NCBI RefSeq assembly: GCF_018350175.1
Contig: NC_058368.1
Location: forward strand, 48,486,001 to 48,550,000
DNA: 64,000 bases
From: Felis catus
Lineage: Eukaryota
Direction of reading: 5' to 3'
Positions 38,010 to 52,070 of this stretch are shown piece by piece. Made by a program: the position numbers and the translations under genes. Numbering within the stretch: the first letter of the stretch is position 1; the number at the start of each line of letters is the position of its first letter. The notes beneath the pieces were generated by a model. The model searched no databases and had not been told where the DNA came from. It saw nothing but the letters and a program-made list of their open reading frames with translations.

Positions 38010-40370
38010 CTTTCCATACCTCAGGTTTCTAAGTCCTGTGATTAATACCCTTCCCCTAGTTCACCATCTGATCATCAAGGTCAAACAAGAACATCTGCAT
38101 TCTCTGGCCATTCCTTAGAAACAATTATCCAACCAGACTATATCTGAGTAAAAACTTAATTTTTCAGTTTTCCAGTGTGAAAAATGACGTTCACAATTCT
38201 TGTTCTATCCCAGCTCCTCACTGACTTATTACAAACATCAAATAATAATGCCCATGAAAATGCTCAGAAGCGCACAAAGGATATTCACAAGACCTAAAAC
38301 GGTACTTAGGTATCATATGACCAATGCTTTAAATGATAAGCCACATGAGGCCATAACAAAGTGTAAAAACTTAAAACTTGAATTGTACATAGAACTTCAT
38401 ACTTTCAGGGTTCTGTCTTGTATATATCTGTTCCATATCCCTCCTTGCTCAGTTTTTATTTTAATGAGTGAACAAATAACTGGGAACGAAAGATGTTATA
38501 CAAAGATAACTTATTTTGCAAAACTAATCAGACGAAATCACTTTTAACTTATCGAAGACACAGAACAATGGATTCACTTTTAAGAACATGTTGTTTCTCT
38601 GCCTGAATTACCCAAGTAGTGGTAGCTATGCAGAATCGGGTTAAATTCACTGCATATCTACAGTACTGAATGATTTCAGTAAAATAAGAGTGTCTCTAGA
38701 CTCACGCACCATTTTAAGACTGTAACTGAGAACATGACAGAACGGCACTCAAATAACTCTCTGGGCCCATAAAAATAATGGGCCCAAAGTAATCCCACGG
38801 ATTATTCCCAAAGTGTTACACAGAATTACAATGAAATCATATTAGATAAATGAAATGACATAAAGAATCTGAAAGGGTGTGAAGCATGAAACTCAAATGT
38901 CTAACCACTTAACTATAACACAGCTTTTATGTGAACAAATATCAATAGTCCCAAATGTATCTAAATGAACTGTGGAACAGCCGAACAGCCTTGAAAATTC
39001 AGTGCCACAGCAAGAAGTGGGGAAGACCACAAATGAGAAGGCGGGAGAAAAAAGGAGACACACCAATATGTCAGCTGAGAGTGAGGACAGCCCCAGAGAC
39101 AATGGATCACCACCCCCCCCCGAAAAAAGGATAGGCCAACATTATTCCTTTATATTACAAGTAATGGAGCTCTGCTGTCCCAACAAAAGGATGAATCATA
39201 CTCTCTTTTACTCTGAAAAATCTGCTCTCAGATGGTCGTTTAAACAAGGATAAGCCCCAGACCGATCAATGTCCTTCCACACTATCTCCACCTAACCAAG
39301 ACTGTCTTTTTGCGCCTTCTCTATAACTGCTCTCCAAACTCTTACATCAAGACTCAGTTCTATTTCCATCTGTATCATCAGGTCAGCACTTCCTGGTCCC
39401 AGTAACATATATCACTTAAGTCCATGACGATTTCTGGGGATCTTGCCTGTCCATAGCTCTACTGAACATCCTAAAGTGTATATAGTACATATGAAAGTAC
39501 TTGAAATATGCATACAGTTAAACCCTTTAGCTCAATGCTAAGAGTTGTGAGAGCCAGGCCTTCCTGCCACTGTTTATCTCTGGACTCCAGGCAAGTGATC
39601 GCATTATTATGTTGCCAATTTTTCACATGAAAAAATGGTGATCACAGTAGTCACTACTATCTTCTCACCAAATTTATGCACACCTCAAATGATACCACAC
39701 AATAAAGTACTCTGAATTATGCAGGGGATAGTTACAGATGCAAAATAGTACTTTGCCACCACTTTTCTTCAGACTATGAACTCTGAAGAAGGCAGAAGAA
39801 AATACATTTCCAACGCCAATAAACGTAAGGCTACATTAACCAAATCAGACTCAGTCAACTAATCAATGGATGGTATTATTTCGAGAAATTTTTCATGAAA
39901 CATGACAATTATATGATTCTTCAAGACTTGCAAAAATCAGTGATTTCCCATGATTCCTTCACCTAGGCTATTTCTAGCATTTGTTAACTGGCAGCTTACT
40001 ATCACAGAAAAAAAGCTATTTTTTTCTCTTTCTTTTTTTTTTTTTTTTAGTTCAAACACAGCTGTTTCTGACAATAAGAAGCAGTGTGATCTTGGAAAAG
40101 TGACTTAACCACTGTTAATTACAACTGCCCTCACTGGTAGAGATGAGTACTGTAGGATTACCAAAGGCATTAGATGAGAGGATATTAATGACCAGACACA
40201 TACACATAGAAGTGTGCTTAAATGCTACCCCTCACAGCTAGTCCTATTGGGACACTTAATATTAGAATCATCTTCCAAATAAACTGTGGGGCTCCTTCAG
40301 TTAGGCTATTGCCGACCTACATCCCCATCCAGGGGTTTGAGACAGAATTCACAAACGAATGTGCTAGTTA

Positions 40371-40584
40371 GGGGCACCTGGGTGGCAGACTTGGTAAGTG
40401 TCCAACTCTTAATTTCGGCTCAGGTCATGATCTCATGGTTTGGGAGATCGAGCCCTGCTTCAGGCTCTGCCCTGACAGCACAAAGTCTTCTTGGATTCTC
40501 TCTCTCTCCCCCTCTCCCTGCCCCTTCCCTGCATGTTATCTCTCTCTCTCTCAAAATTAATACATAAACTTAAAAAAAAGAAAG
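40371..40584 (+). mobile_element. CAN-SINE (older subfamily)
   Basis: ggggcacctgggtggc head, (CT)n segment and A-tail. Confidence 0.92.
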
Positions 40585-40789
40585 CAGAATGCAATTTGAA
40601 CTCAATTGAGTGCTAAATGAGATGGGTAGTGACTACAGGTTAATTAAATACAAGTGCAGAGGAGAGAGATCAATGGGAATATGCTTTATGGAAGGGAGAT
40701 GCTGTCCTGAGTTGTGTGGCAGCACCACGACCAAAATAAGCTACAGGAACAGAGAGGGTATCAGGATGAAGCAACAGCTAGCAGGTAAT

Positions 40790-40982
40790 AAACGGTTACA
40801 TATGTTCACTCTTTTATCTTCCCAGAAACTCCATGAGGCAGGGACTATTATCATCCCCATTTTATAGATAAGGAAACTGAGACAGAGAGAGATTAAGTAG
40901 CTTGCCCAGGTCACAGACAAAATGGTAGAGCCAGAACATAAACACAGCCAGTGTAGCTCCAGAGTCCACACACTTAACCAGA
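40790..40982 (-). mobile_element. MIR SINE
   Basis: Core motif attatcatccccattttatagataaggaaactgagacagagagagattaagtagcttgcccaggtcacag. Confidence 0.9.
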
Positions 40983-42220
40983 GAACTACCAAGCTAAGTC
41001 CCAGCATATTTAAAGCAGGAAAGTGAGTATATACCTCACTGTAGCAGTTGTAAACCACAGAATACACTCTGACTAGTTTAAGTGGAGATATGTATATTTT
41101 TAAATATTGGTCCAGAAATCTTCTTGGTAGGTCAGAGAACCATACTTAAATCCTACAGTAGCAAGGAACAATACAGGCGGAGGAAAGCCAAACCACATAA
41201 GCCACATCCAGTGAAAATACCACTATTGCCGTCTTCCAGTGTTTGACGCCAGAACGTCTGTCACAGCCTCCTCCAAACAGCCAGGCATCCCTGCCCCTGC
41301 ACTTACCCAAAGAGCAGTCCTGCCATAATCAGGCGGCCCTGCACTACTTTCTGCATCCCTCCAGTGGGTGGGGCAACTGATCGGCCACAGGTCCATATCC
41401 TAGCTCTAAGAAAGTCTAGCACTGGAGGGGGTGTTTTCGTTAGTTTTTAAAGATGCTATTTCGGGGGGGATTAGAATCACAATATGGGGAAGCTAGCAAA
41501 AATTCAAGATGATAAACAAAAGATGTCAAGCAACCACAAAAGAATATACATATTCTGATAACGGGCTGAGTCTTGATGAGTAATTTCAGCTTCGTAAAAC
41601 AGGGTCAGATCATGTAGGCACAACGTCACTTCATTTGGGAACAATTTACTCCTTTAACAAAGGCCACAGGTCTCTTAAAACAGCAAGTCATTTTTCAGGG
41701 CATAAAGACGATAATTTATGTAATTCAAAAACTAGGGATATCAATTACTTGGTGACTTCCCCCCCCCCCAACTATTTCACAATGTTATAGCATAACAATA
41801 TGCGTCATTTTTCCTATATAAAAAAAGCAAAAGATACTAATTTAAGAAACTAGCCACGTTATATATCGTATACTCTTTCCGCCTCTCCTAGTTCTCTTAT
41901 TATTTTTGTAAGGATCATTTTCCAAGACAATGGAGACTTTCGAATGCTGGCAATATAACTATCTTCGTGGAAACAGAAATTTAAAATAAAATCCTTTAAA
42001 AATACTCACTAGAAAAGAGTTTTGTTTTGTTTTATAAAATAGCAATTTTTAAACCATTATTCCTTTAACTATCATGGCCAGATACATTTCTGAATAATAT
42101 TTCAAATGTTTTTCTACAGTAACAAGTGTTTTTAGCTCTTTATGTTTAGGCAGTTAGCTATATACAATGGGATACAGTATCACTGAGTTAAGACCAAGAA
42201 TAAATAACTAAAGACACTTA

Positions 42221-42410
42221 TTTTTTTTAAGTTTATTTATTTATTTTTGAGAGAGAGAGCAAGCAGGGGAGGGTCAGAGACACAGGGAGAGAGAGAGAGA
42301 GAGAGAATCTGACAGTGAAGAGCAGAGCCCAATGCAGGACTAGAACTCAATGAGATCATGACCTGAGCCAAAATCAAGTTGGATGCTTAACCGACTGATC
42401 ACCCAGGTGC
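42221..42410 (-). mobile_element. CAN-SINE (older subfamily)
   Basis: Reverse-complement body ending acccaggtgc. Confidence 0.9.
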
Positions 42411-42692
42411 TTACTTTTTAATGTGAATTTGATAAAGGCAGGTATATAATAACAATATCAACATATATAATTTTTATTGTGTAAACATACAGATTGACAG
42501 TACGATTTTTCATTGATAACAGAGTCTTATGAAACAGTGTAGCTTTGAGGCATAACTAATATTGTCTTTTTTTCAAGATCTATGCAAATTTACTAGGCAT
42601 GTATCTTAATTTACATATATAAAATACTATCTTTTATCATTAAATTAAGAAGAAATTCGGACTACAATAACAATTGCAAGAGGAGTCATGGG

Positions 42693-42893
42693 TTTTTTTT
42701 GTTTTTTGGTTTTTTTTTTAGAGAGAGTGAGCAGGGAAGAACAGGAGGGGCAGAGAGAGAAGGAGAGAGAGGCTCTCAAGCAGCCGCCACAGCCAGCCTA
42801 GAGCCCAAAGCAGGGCTCGATCTCACAGCCATGGGATCATGAACTGAGCCAAAATCAAGAGTTGAATGCTTCATTGAGCTACCCAGGTGCCCC
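42693..42893 (-). mobile_element. CAN-SINE (older subfamily)
   Basis: Reverse-complement body ending acccaggtgcccc. Confidence 0.9.
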
Positions 42894-43411
42894 TAGAGCA
42901 GTTGCTTTTTACTGCTTACTTAACATAGAGCACTATGTTAGACATTATGTATACAATTTCATTTATTCTAGCTGAATTCTATATCCCTTCCTATGACTAA
43001 ATATAGGAAAATGTTTCACATCCTCCTCAGAAATATTTTTGTAGTTCAAAACCTCGCACATAAATGTGAACATATACACCCAGAATAATCCAAGGAGGAC
43101 AGATGAAGGTAAAATCTCCATTGACATGTGTATATGAAATGTCAATGTGGAAATCAGAAGCCACTGTGGCAAATATAATTTGGTGGGAGGGAGATGAGAA
43201 CAAATGGCAGCAGACAGCCATGCAATGAGAACAGAGAGAGAAAACTGCCTTTATATCTAACTTATGATTTGATAAAACAATAGATGTTAAGAGTTCTCAC
43301 ATATTATTGACATTTATCATATTAATAATGATGTATATGAAAATCATTTTCCCATGCAAAATAGTTCAGGTAAAAAACTAAAATTTCCAACAAAATAGTA
43401 AGGTTTTACTT

Positions 43412-43530
43412 GGGCGCCTGGCTGGCTCAATTGGCATGTGACTCTGGCTTTCAGGGTCATGAATTTAAGCCTCAGGATGGCGGTATAGCTTACATAAAAA
43501 AATTTCAAGAGCTTACTTTAAAAAAAAAAA
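43412..43530 (+). mobile_element. Short tRNA-like CAN-SINE variant (SINEC_c-like, no CT segment)
   Basis: gggcgcctggctggctca...gcatgtgactct...agggtcatgaatttaagcc...tatagcttac followed by an A-tail. Confidence 0.75.
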
Positions 43531-43535
43531 TTATT

Positions 43536-43770
43536 GGGGCGCCTGGGTGGCGCAGTCGGTTAAGCGTCCGACTTCAGCCAGGTCACGATCTCGCGGTCCG
43601 TGAGTTCGAGCCCCGCGTCAGGCTCTGGGCTGATGGCTCAGAGCCTGGAGCCTGTTTCCGATTCTGTGTCTCCCTCTCTCTCTGCCCCTCCCCCGTTCAT
43701 GCTCTGTCTCTCTCTGTCCCAAAAATAAATAAACGTTGAAAAAATAAATAAATAAATTAATTAATTAATT
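43536..43770 (+). mobile_element. Young CpG-rich SINEC_Fc
   Basis: TSD AAAAAAAATTATTG at 43523-43536 and 43771-43784. Confidence 0.97.
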
Positions 43771-44013
43771 AAAAAAAATTATTGAGTACAATATTTCATG
43801 GGGAAAATGTATCTTGTACATGATAAGATCAAGTGTATGGGCCTAAAAACAATGTCCAAACTGTCAGGTCCCTAAAATGTGCCAGAAGCCACTGCACTGT
43901 TCATAGAAAATACTTCGCCTCAGATGCTTCGCTTCTTTGTTTTTTTAGTAAATACGATAATATACTGATGATCTACGTTTAATATACTGATGATCTATGT
44001 CTGAATATTCATC

Positions 44014-44248
44014 CTTTTTAATTTTTTTATTTTTTGAGAGAGAGACAGAGAGAGTGCATGAGTGGGGGAGAGAAACTGAGGGAGAGCAAGAATGAGAAAG
44101 GCAGAAAAAGAGAGGGAGAGAAAGAACCTCAAGCAGGCTCCACACTTAGCATGGAGCTTGATGCAGGGCTCAGTCCCACGACCCTGGGATCATGACCTGA
44201 GTCAAAATCAAGAGTTGGATGCTCAACCGACTGAGCCACCCAGGCGCC
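44014..44248 (-). mobile_element. CAN-SINE with 14-bp TSD
   Basis: TSD TCTGAATATTCATC at 44000-44013 and 44249-44262. Confidence 0.95.
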
Positions 44249-45105
44249 TCTGAATATTCATCTTTATATGACATTTATAATAAAACCTGAAGTGATCCAA
44301 GAGACTTGTTCTACCTTCTTACAGCTGACTTAGACAAAGGGTCAGAGGTTTTAAACCTACAGTTGTACTAATTCCTTTCAAGCTGAAAATGAAAAAAGTA
44401 TATAACTAAGGTTTTCGGAAAAAAAGAACGTGAGTACATTCTTTCTCTTAACTTTAAACAATAGTAAGATTATCTTATTTAGCAAATATAGGCTTTAAGA
44501 ATGAATCATCATCTTATTGGCTTTATTGAAAAATATATAATTATTTAGGACAAAAGCACAGCAATGAAACTGACGTTTGAGAGTCAGAAACAGAATTGGT
44601 CGTAAGAACTAGGAGTCAGTCATCTTAACGTCAGAGTTCATTTACGACTGACGAGACATAGGTTATTTTTACTAAGAAAATCATCTGATAATATTCCCTC
44701 CAGACAACAAAAAGGACTGACCAGTGGATCAGAGACAGATTCATTTTTCCACAGGCCAGAGACATGACCAGGGAGGAAGATATTAAATTGATCAAAGTTG
44801 CCACCAGGTGGAATGTACCTTGGTAGCAAGACATAATTTGTAAAGCAATTAAAAAAAAAAAAAAAAAAAGGCGACTTTGACATCTTTCTGTTTTTACATA
44901 TTTATAAGATTCTGGGTTCTTAAGAAACTATGACAGAGACAGAGAAGTTTTCTAGAAAGTGAATCTGATATGCGGTGTCAGCTCTGCTCAGTCAGATTTC
45001 TGAAACTGATAGGAACACAGTGAAATAAAACTTTGCCCATCTGATAACCAGGGAATATTTTTGTACCTTTTAACCTATTGTTATGTGCTTGCAAACATTA
45101 CTGTA

Positions 45106-45323
45106 CAATAAAATTTTTTTAATGTTTATTTATTTTTGACAGAGAGAGAGACAGAGTGTGAGTGGGGGAGGGACAGAGAGAGAGGGAGACACAGAATCGA
45201 AAGCAGGCTCCAGGCTCCGAGCTGTCAGCACAGAGCCTGACGCGGGGCTCGAACTCACAGACCAAGAGATCATGACCTGAGCCGAAGTCGGACACTCAAC
45301 CGACTGAGCCACCCAGGAGCCCC
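45106..45323 (-). mobile_element. CAN-SINE
   Basis: TSD GCAAACA(T/G)TACTGTA at 45091-45105 and 45324-45338. Confidence 0.95.
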
Positions 45324-46504
45324 GCAAACAGTACTGTATATTAAAATAAACATGTTACAGAGTAAATTTTTTTAATCCTATGCAATTAAGATAAAAGAGA
45401 CATCCGAGAGCTCATACTTACTGTAGACGACTAGAATGGCCACTGAGTCTCTCTTGGTAAATTTGCATTTATTGGCGTGAACTAAAATTTTCTGTAAGAC
45501 CTGCTTAAATCCTTCTTAAACATTAATATTACAGTGGGAGTTATTTTAGATCAGATCATTTCCAACGTCCTAGTTACAATAGCTATCAAAATTGAGCAAC
45601 AGAGACAGCTTGCAATAGTGACAAGATTCTGATTTACAAGACACAGACTCCAGTTCCATCCCTGTTACTACTGGTGGTATGATCTTGACACACAGCATCT
45701 GTGCGATTTTCCTTAGGAATGGGGATGATATTACATATACCCAAGGGCTTACTAAGGCACAAAAGCATTTAGAACTGTTATGTCCTCTTAATAAATTGAT
45801 TCCTATATCATTATGAAATGGTCCACTTTATCCTGGTTATTTATATTCCTTGTTCTGAAGTCTATTTTGTCTAATATTAATACAGGACCACAGTTTTGTT
45901 TTTGTTGTGACTTAGTCTATACATACGTATCTTTTTCTATGCTTTTACTTTGTTTAAGATAATGTTTGGTATGGACTTACACGTTCCTGGAAGAAAATAT
46001 TTTAAACTATTAATGGCTGTTATTTCAAGGTAACGTGATCATGCCTTTCATTTTCTTCTTGAAAGGATTTTTTTTACATATTTCAATTTTTTAATAATAA
46101 AAATGTTATCAGACAGAAGAATTCCAGTGTCTGATCTGCAGAAGGATAAGCCTGGCCCACAATCACTAAGGCAGGGCAAATTACACACAAATGACCTCAC
46201 GTTTCACACAAAACTTTTTCCTCCAGCGTCAGAAGAAGGGTGTTATTAAACCCAACGTTTATTTAAGAAGTATGCCATTGTAGGTAAAAATAGGGCCATT
46301 TACTCACTAGTGGCTGCTGCTATAACAAGTATGTTTTTAAAAGAGTCACATCCCATGTGAGGCCATTTGAAACATTGCTGCCAACGTCTTCTTTCAGCCA
46401 CTCAGTTCAGTGATCCATATAAGCTCTCTGGTATAGTTATGAATCATCCATGCTGCAGGTTTTTGGTTTTTTGTTTTTTTTTCAGTTCTGCAGGTTTTTA
46501 AACT

Positions 46505-46730
46505 TGTTTTTTAAGTGAGGTAATGAACACATAATATAAAATTCACTCTCAACCATTTTTATATGTGCAGCTCAGTAGTGTTAACCACATTCACATTACT
46601 CTGTAACAGATCTTTTTTTCATCTTGCAAAACTGAAACACTACACCATTAAACAGCGGCCCGTAGCCCCGACCACCAAACCCCTGACAACCACCATTTTC
46701 TTTTCTATTTCACGATTTTGACTATTCTTG
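46505..46730 (-). mobile_element. L1MB-like 3' end fragment
   Basis: cacataatataaaattcactctcaaccattttt...ttcatcttgcaaaactgaaacactacaccattaaaca...cccctgacaaccaccatt. Confidence 0.75.
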
Positions 46731-46913
46731 ACTCCATCATTTTACGTCCAGTGTACCTGTATCTTTATATTTAAGGAGAACATCTTACAGAGAGCATGTA
46801 GTTAGGACTTGCTTTTATTTCCCAGATGACAATCTATCTTTTAAAGGGAGTGCTTAAACGCTTTCCATTTCACAGAATTATCAACATACTGTGTTTTAAT
46901 GTACCAACTTGCT

Positions 46914-47123
46914 GGGGCACCTGGGTGGCTCAGTCGGTTGAGCATCCAACTTTGGCTTGGGTCACGCATGATCTCATGGCTCGTGAGTTCAAGTCCCACA
47001 TAGGGTGCTGTGCTGACAGCTCAGAGCCCGGAGCCTGCTTGGGAGTCTCGCTCTGCCCCTTCCATTCTCGTTCTCTGTCTCTGTCTCTCTCAAAAATAAA
47101 TAAACGTTAAAAATTAAATAAAG
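46914..47123 (+). mobile_element. CAN-SINE inserted into L1
   Basis: TSD GTACCAAC(T/C)TGCT at 46901-46913 and 47124-47136. Confidence 0.95.
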
Positions 47124-50100
47124 GTACCAACCTGCTCTTTTTTTTTTTCTATTTCTCCTATCTGTTCCTTGTTCATCCTTCCTCTTTGCTGCCTTCATTC
47201 AGATAAAACTGAGTAGTTTTAAAAATGTTTCCAGTTCATTTTCACCATTGGTTTATTAACTATATTTGGTTGTTTTATTGTGTGTGTGTGTGTACATGCG
47301 TGTGTGTGGTTACTCTAGGATTTACAACATACACCTTTACATTAACATCATCTACCTTCAATTAATAATACACCTCTTCACATATTCCATGGTCTACTTC
47401 CTTCCATGCCCCTCTGTCTCTGTGCTAGTGTCATCACTCATTTTCATCCTATGTTATAAATTCCATAATGTATTATTATGTTCACTTAGCATAATTTTCT
47501 TATTTTTTTTCTTTTATATTTGCATAGATACTTCCCATTTTGAGTTCTCTTCATGTCCTTGTGTAGATACAGATTTTTATCTAGTGTCCTTTTCCTTTAC
47601 CTAAGTAAATTTTTTCATCTGTCTTGCATGGTATCTGATAAGAAGTCTGATTTTTGCTCCTTTGTATATCAGATACATTCTCCTTTTCTCCACTGGCTGC
47701 TTTTAAGACTGTTCTTCGAGACCTGTTCTCAGCAATTTGATTATTTTGTGCTTTGGCGTGGTTTTTTTCGGCTTGGGGCTAACTGAACTTCTTAGATCTA
47801 TGCGTTTTCATCACATTTGGATAATGTCCAGCCATTATTTCTTCACAACACCAAGCACTAACCACTATACAATCACAGCCTGGCCATTATTTCTTCAAAT
47901 AATTTTTCTGACCTTCCCCATCCTGACGGTTCAATTGTACATACGTTAGACTACTTAAGATTGCTCCATAGGTCACTAAGGCTTTGTTCATTTTCTTAGT
48001 CTTTTTCTCTAACTGTTCAATCCAATCAATTATCACCAAATGCCAGATGATGCAACTTTTACATTATCGAAGACTATAGCTTGTTGTGTCTTTCTCTACA
48101 GTGCTGGATTTTGTTCTGGCACAACCGTGTAACTTGCAGATCAGTTGGACCCTTTCAGGATTTGCTTCTAGTGTCCATCATGGCAAGCCCCTGACCAGAC
48201 TACCGTGGGACTAACTGAGCCCCATGACTAACCTGTGACCCTTCTGAGACCTCTACCAAATGCCTCATGTATGAAGGGGTCTCTCCATTCTGGGTATGTG
48301 TGAACTGTATGTGAGCTCTAAGAACTGTTCCACTTTGTTGCCTTCCTTATTCTTTCCTTGTCCTCCTGCACACATAGGTAGATCATTACTTAGGCAAACC
48401 CTTTCAAGGCGACCACTCTGAAGATCTCCAGAGCTCTCCGTACAACTTCTCCCTCGCTATTACTGTTCCCCTCAGAAACCAGTTTGCCTTGACCTCTCCC
48501 AAATCCCAATCACTGCCCGCCTAACACAGTGACAGCTAGGCCCTATTTGGACTCTTCCTTCCGGCTTCGCCCTTAGGTTGTAGGCTAAGGCACCAGTAGA
48601 GTTCACCTCCTTTCCCGCCTTACTCTCCAGGATCATAGTCCTCATCTGCCTGTTGTTCAATATGTAAAAACATTTTATACCTTTTGTCTGGTTTTCTAGT
48701 TGTTTATGGTAAGAGGTCAATTCCCATGGCAATTAATCTCTCATGGTGAGAAGCAAAAGTCCTCCAAGGGTTAAATAAGCTATATTGACAGTTATAAACT
48801 GTGAATCAGTATGCAAATGTTAGCACATGAAAACACACCTAGGTAAAGAGAAACACTAACCTCAGGATCCAGATTTTCCTTTTTTTGTTTAAAAACAAAA
48901 CAAAACAAAACAAAACTCTACCACAAAGACTAGTTCACAATGGAGAACATAAACTGAAATATTCTGGAGAGGTTAATTTTCCCCAAATCAAAATTTCCAA
49001 ATTACTCAGAGCATGAAATCTCTCCAAGAAGTGTTCCTTTTTACAAAGCACTGACCCTATAAAAATGCAAATAACTCCTGGAGAGAATAGCACTTTACAT
49101 TTTCCTCAATTAAGAAGACTACAGTTAGAATGGGTCATCTGTGGGTAGCAAGAGCCATCACAGCGGAGGGAGTTGGGAGTGTCTGGGTTGTGAGTGGAGG
49201 AGAATTAAGTTGAAGGAGAAAGTACATTGCTAACGGGAAAGAAGGAGGGCAGAATTATCAACTTCATAGCTTTGCCCAGGGCAGGCCCCAAGGGAAAGGA
49301 TTTGTCTGCCTGCTATATTTCCCTTGGGTACTATCTGTAATTACCATCACAGCTCATTGATTTTCAATTCTTTCTATTAATACATTTATTGGCCATTCTG
49401 ACATTATTAAAATCAGTCTAACACTGCTTCTTTAGTGGAGGATAGCTTTTCCTTAAAATGGGTTTTGCAAGCACAGAGATTCTTTCCTGTTTTGTTTTTT
49501 TTTTAATGGTCTTCTTGTATTAGCAAGAAGACAGCTCCTGCATGTTTTTCTTTGAAGCCAGGTAGCGGCATGCAAAGATTTCACTACAGATCAAAAGATC
49601 TCAAGCAGTGGGTCATCAGAAAATATTAAATGATAAGCAAATTCATATGTCTAAGATAAGTCTACCAATTTACTAGCTATGCTGGCTCCTGTTCCCCAGT
49701 AGGGGAGGTAATAATGAGGCTCTGTTAAAGGGTAACGCAAGTGGCATTTTTATAATGTCTTTTCTTTCCTTCTGATAAAGTCATTAAAGTAACACTGTCT
49801 TACTAAGCTTTTACACACAGATATATATTAAACCTTTTATGTTAAATTAAACATAACGCCTTACTGAGGTAAAGAAAAGGCTTTGTTGTTGGGTTGTTGT
49901 TGTTTTTTTTCCTTTTCTCTAAAGCTACTAAATGTTCATGTAACTGCCTGTCTTAAATATTCCCTAGCCCATGGGTACGTCTGGCTACAATACTTGCACC
50001 TGTCTCTATTTCTTTATTAAGCCTAAAGATTGAGGTCTTTTCCAAAATAGCACCTGTCTCAAAATTCTCAATATTCTACAGTCTGGCACTGGCTCTCACT

Positions 50101-50829
50101 TACAATAAATAGCATCTGAATCACTATTTATTGAGCCCTGACTAGCTCTAAGCTCCTTGTACTGGGATGATGAGGAATAATGAGAAACATCAAGCAAAAA
50201 CTCAATATAGCTGACTTCATGGTACTAGTCAGTTCTTTGTGTTACAGAAATGCCTTCACCGCCTCGTTATGAATGTCCTGCAGAATGGTTTGCAAAAGTT
50301 ACTGCAAGCTAGGAAAAGGGCCATTATTCCCTTCTGTCCTGCCTCTAAAATTAGGGAGCTCAGAGGGATCTTTGGCCTGGCATTTTTTTGTTAGGAAGCC
50401 AGGGAGAATACAATTAAATCTGTCTGCTGCCATACCTGCACCCTTCCCCACTCCACATCCGTCGTAAAGAGGTGTTAGGCTTCGTCCCCCAGTAGAACAC
50501 ACAGGGTCTTTTTACGGCCCAGTCACTGACTCCCTTAGAGTACTTCAAACTGGCAAAACACCGAACGTCTTTCTCTCTCTCTTTGCTCCACTCTTGCCAC
50601 TACTCTGCCTACATGCGTGCAGGTCAGAATTGCACTGGCCTCTACAAGGGAAGGAAAAGGGAGGGGAACCACAGGCTTTAGCACTGCTGTGGTTGGTGAG
50701 GGACTCAGGTCAGCTCCTTCCCCTCAGACTCAGAAAACAGTGAGGCTAACTGAGTGAGGCATGTTTCCCTCATGTCTCCCTCTGACACCTGTGCACCCAT
50801 GTATTTTTATATTTGTATTTAGAGAGCTT

Positions 50830-51110
50830 CTTTTCCTTTTTAAACACTTACTTTCAAGAATTTCAAACATACACAAAATCAGGCAGAATGGTTACACGAG
50901 CCCCCTGTTGTGCGGCTTCAATAATGACTGAATCCTGGCCAGTCTTATCTTTCTCCCCATCCATTCTGCTCTCCCATTTCATTTGCAGCAAATCCCAGAC
51001 AACTAACCATCTCACCTGTAAATATATCAATAAGTTATCTCTGAAGTATACAAACTCAGAATTCCTTTTTTAAAAAAATGTGGCCAAATACCATTGCCAC
51101 ACCAAAATTT
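50830..51110 (-). mobile_element. L1MC-like 3' end fragment
   Basis: aatttcaaacatacacaaaa...gcagcaaatcccagaca...cacctgtaaatatatcaataag...ataccattgccacacc. Confidence 0.7.
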
Positions 51111-51552
51111 GGTGTCTTTTTGTCTTAACAAACTAATGGATTTCTGGCGTCATTATTCCATTTTTTTTTTTACATGATAAAATCTAATCAGATCTTGAAA
51201 TTTTTCTCCAGATATGCTTAAATAAAAATTCAAATAAAAAATAAGGGTTCCAGTTTGAGATTTCCCTTAAATGTTCTTTTAAAATTATAAATTAACTCAG
51301 ATGTTTAGTCCCTACTAAATACGATAGGAAAATTGGCAACTATTGAAATTTGAGGAAATGGTGTCCTTTTTATTCCTGCTTTTCTTCAAAGGGAGAACAT
51401 TTATTCAACACCCACTACATGCAGGCAGGCTCTCGTGAGGCTGGGTGATTCACTTCACTTCCCAGAAGAGGAGAAACAGGTGGATGGAGACCAATCGGGA
51501 CCCACACCACCGGCCCCTGGCTGACTGAGCGTCTGAACTCCAGTCTGTCCGT

Positions 51553-51784
51553 ATTTTTTTTTTTTTTAAATTTTTTTTTCAACGTTTTTATTTATTTTTG
51601 GGACAGAGAGAGACACAGCATGAACGGGGGAGGGGCAGAGAGAGAGGGAGACACAGAATCGGAAACAGGCTCCAGGCTCCGAGCCATCAGCCCAGAGCCT
51701 GACGCGGGGCTTGAACTCACGGACCGCGAGATCGTGACCTGGCTGAAGTCGGACGCTTAACCGACTGCGCCACCCAGGCGCCCC
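51553..51784 (-). mobile_element. Young CpG-rich SINEC_Fc
   Basis: Near-identical to the copies at 34402 and 43536. The flanks share tgtccgt. Confidence 0.97.
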
Positions 51785-51944
51785 TGTCCGTCTTTAAAGT
51801 CTATGGATTTCTACTTCCACAAACGGGTAGCTTCCTATAATGGCAGTATACTGTAGTAGGATTGCTCAACTCATAATGGGAAATGCTTTCTCTCCCTCCT
51901 GGCCCGTTACCAGACTCAGACAATGTCAGATGGATCCTGGGCAG

Positions 51945-52070
51945 GCTTCTAATACCCCCACTGTACAGATGAGGACATAGAGGCCTGGAGATCAGAAGTA
52001 ACTTCCCAATGCCATTCGAGCCGGTAAGCTGCAAGGCCAGGAACAAAACCACATTTTATGTCTTTGAGGC
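51945..52070 (-). mobile_element. MIR SINE fragment
   Basis: cccactgtacagatgaggacatagaggcctggagatcagaagtaacttcccaa. Confidence 0.65.

Larger units (their letters stand above)
45775..48762 (-). mobile_element. Fragmented ancient L1M 5' region (5' UTR to ORF2 start), interrupted by other sequence and younger inserts
   Basis: Antisense ORF2-start motifs (tatcattatgaaatggtcc...ttctgaagtctattttgtctaatattaata) and an L1M 5'-terminus-like end (tctcatggtgagaagcaaaagtcc). Whether all pieces belong to one element is uncertain. Confidence 0.6.

Noticed and set aside
43412..43620. tRNA-like sequences with A and B boxes
   Set aside because: They are SINE heads followed by SINE bodies or A-tails, not tRNA genes.
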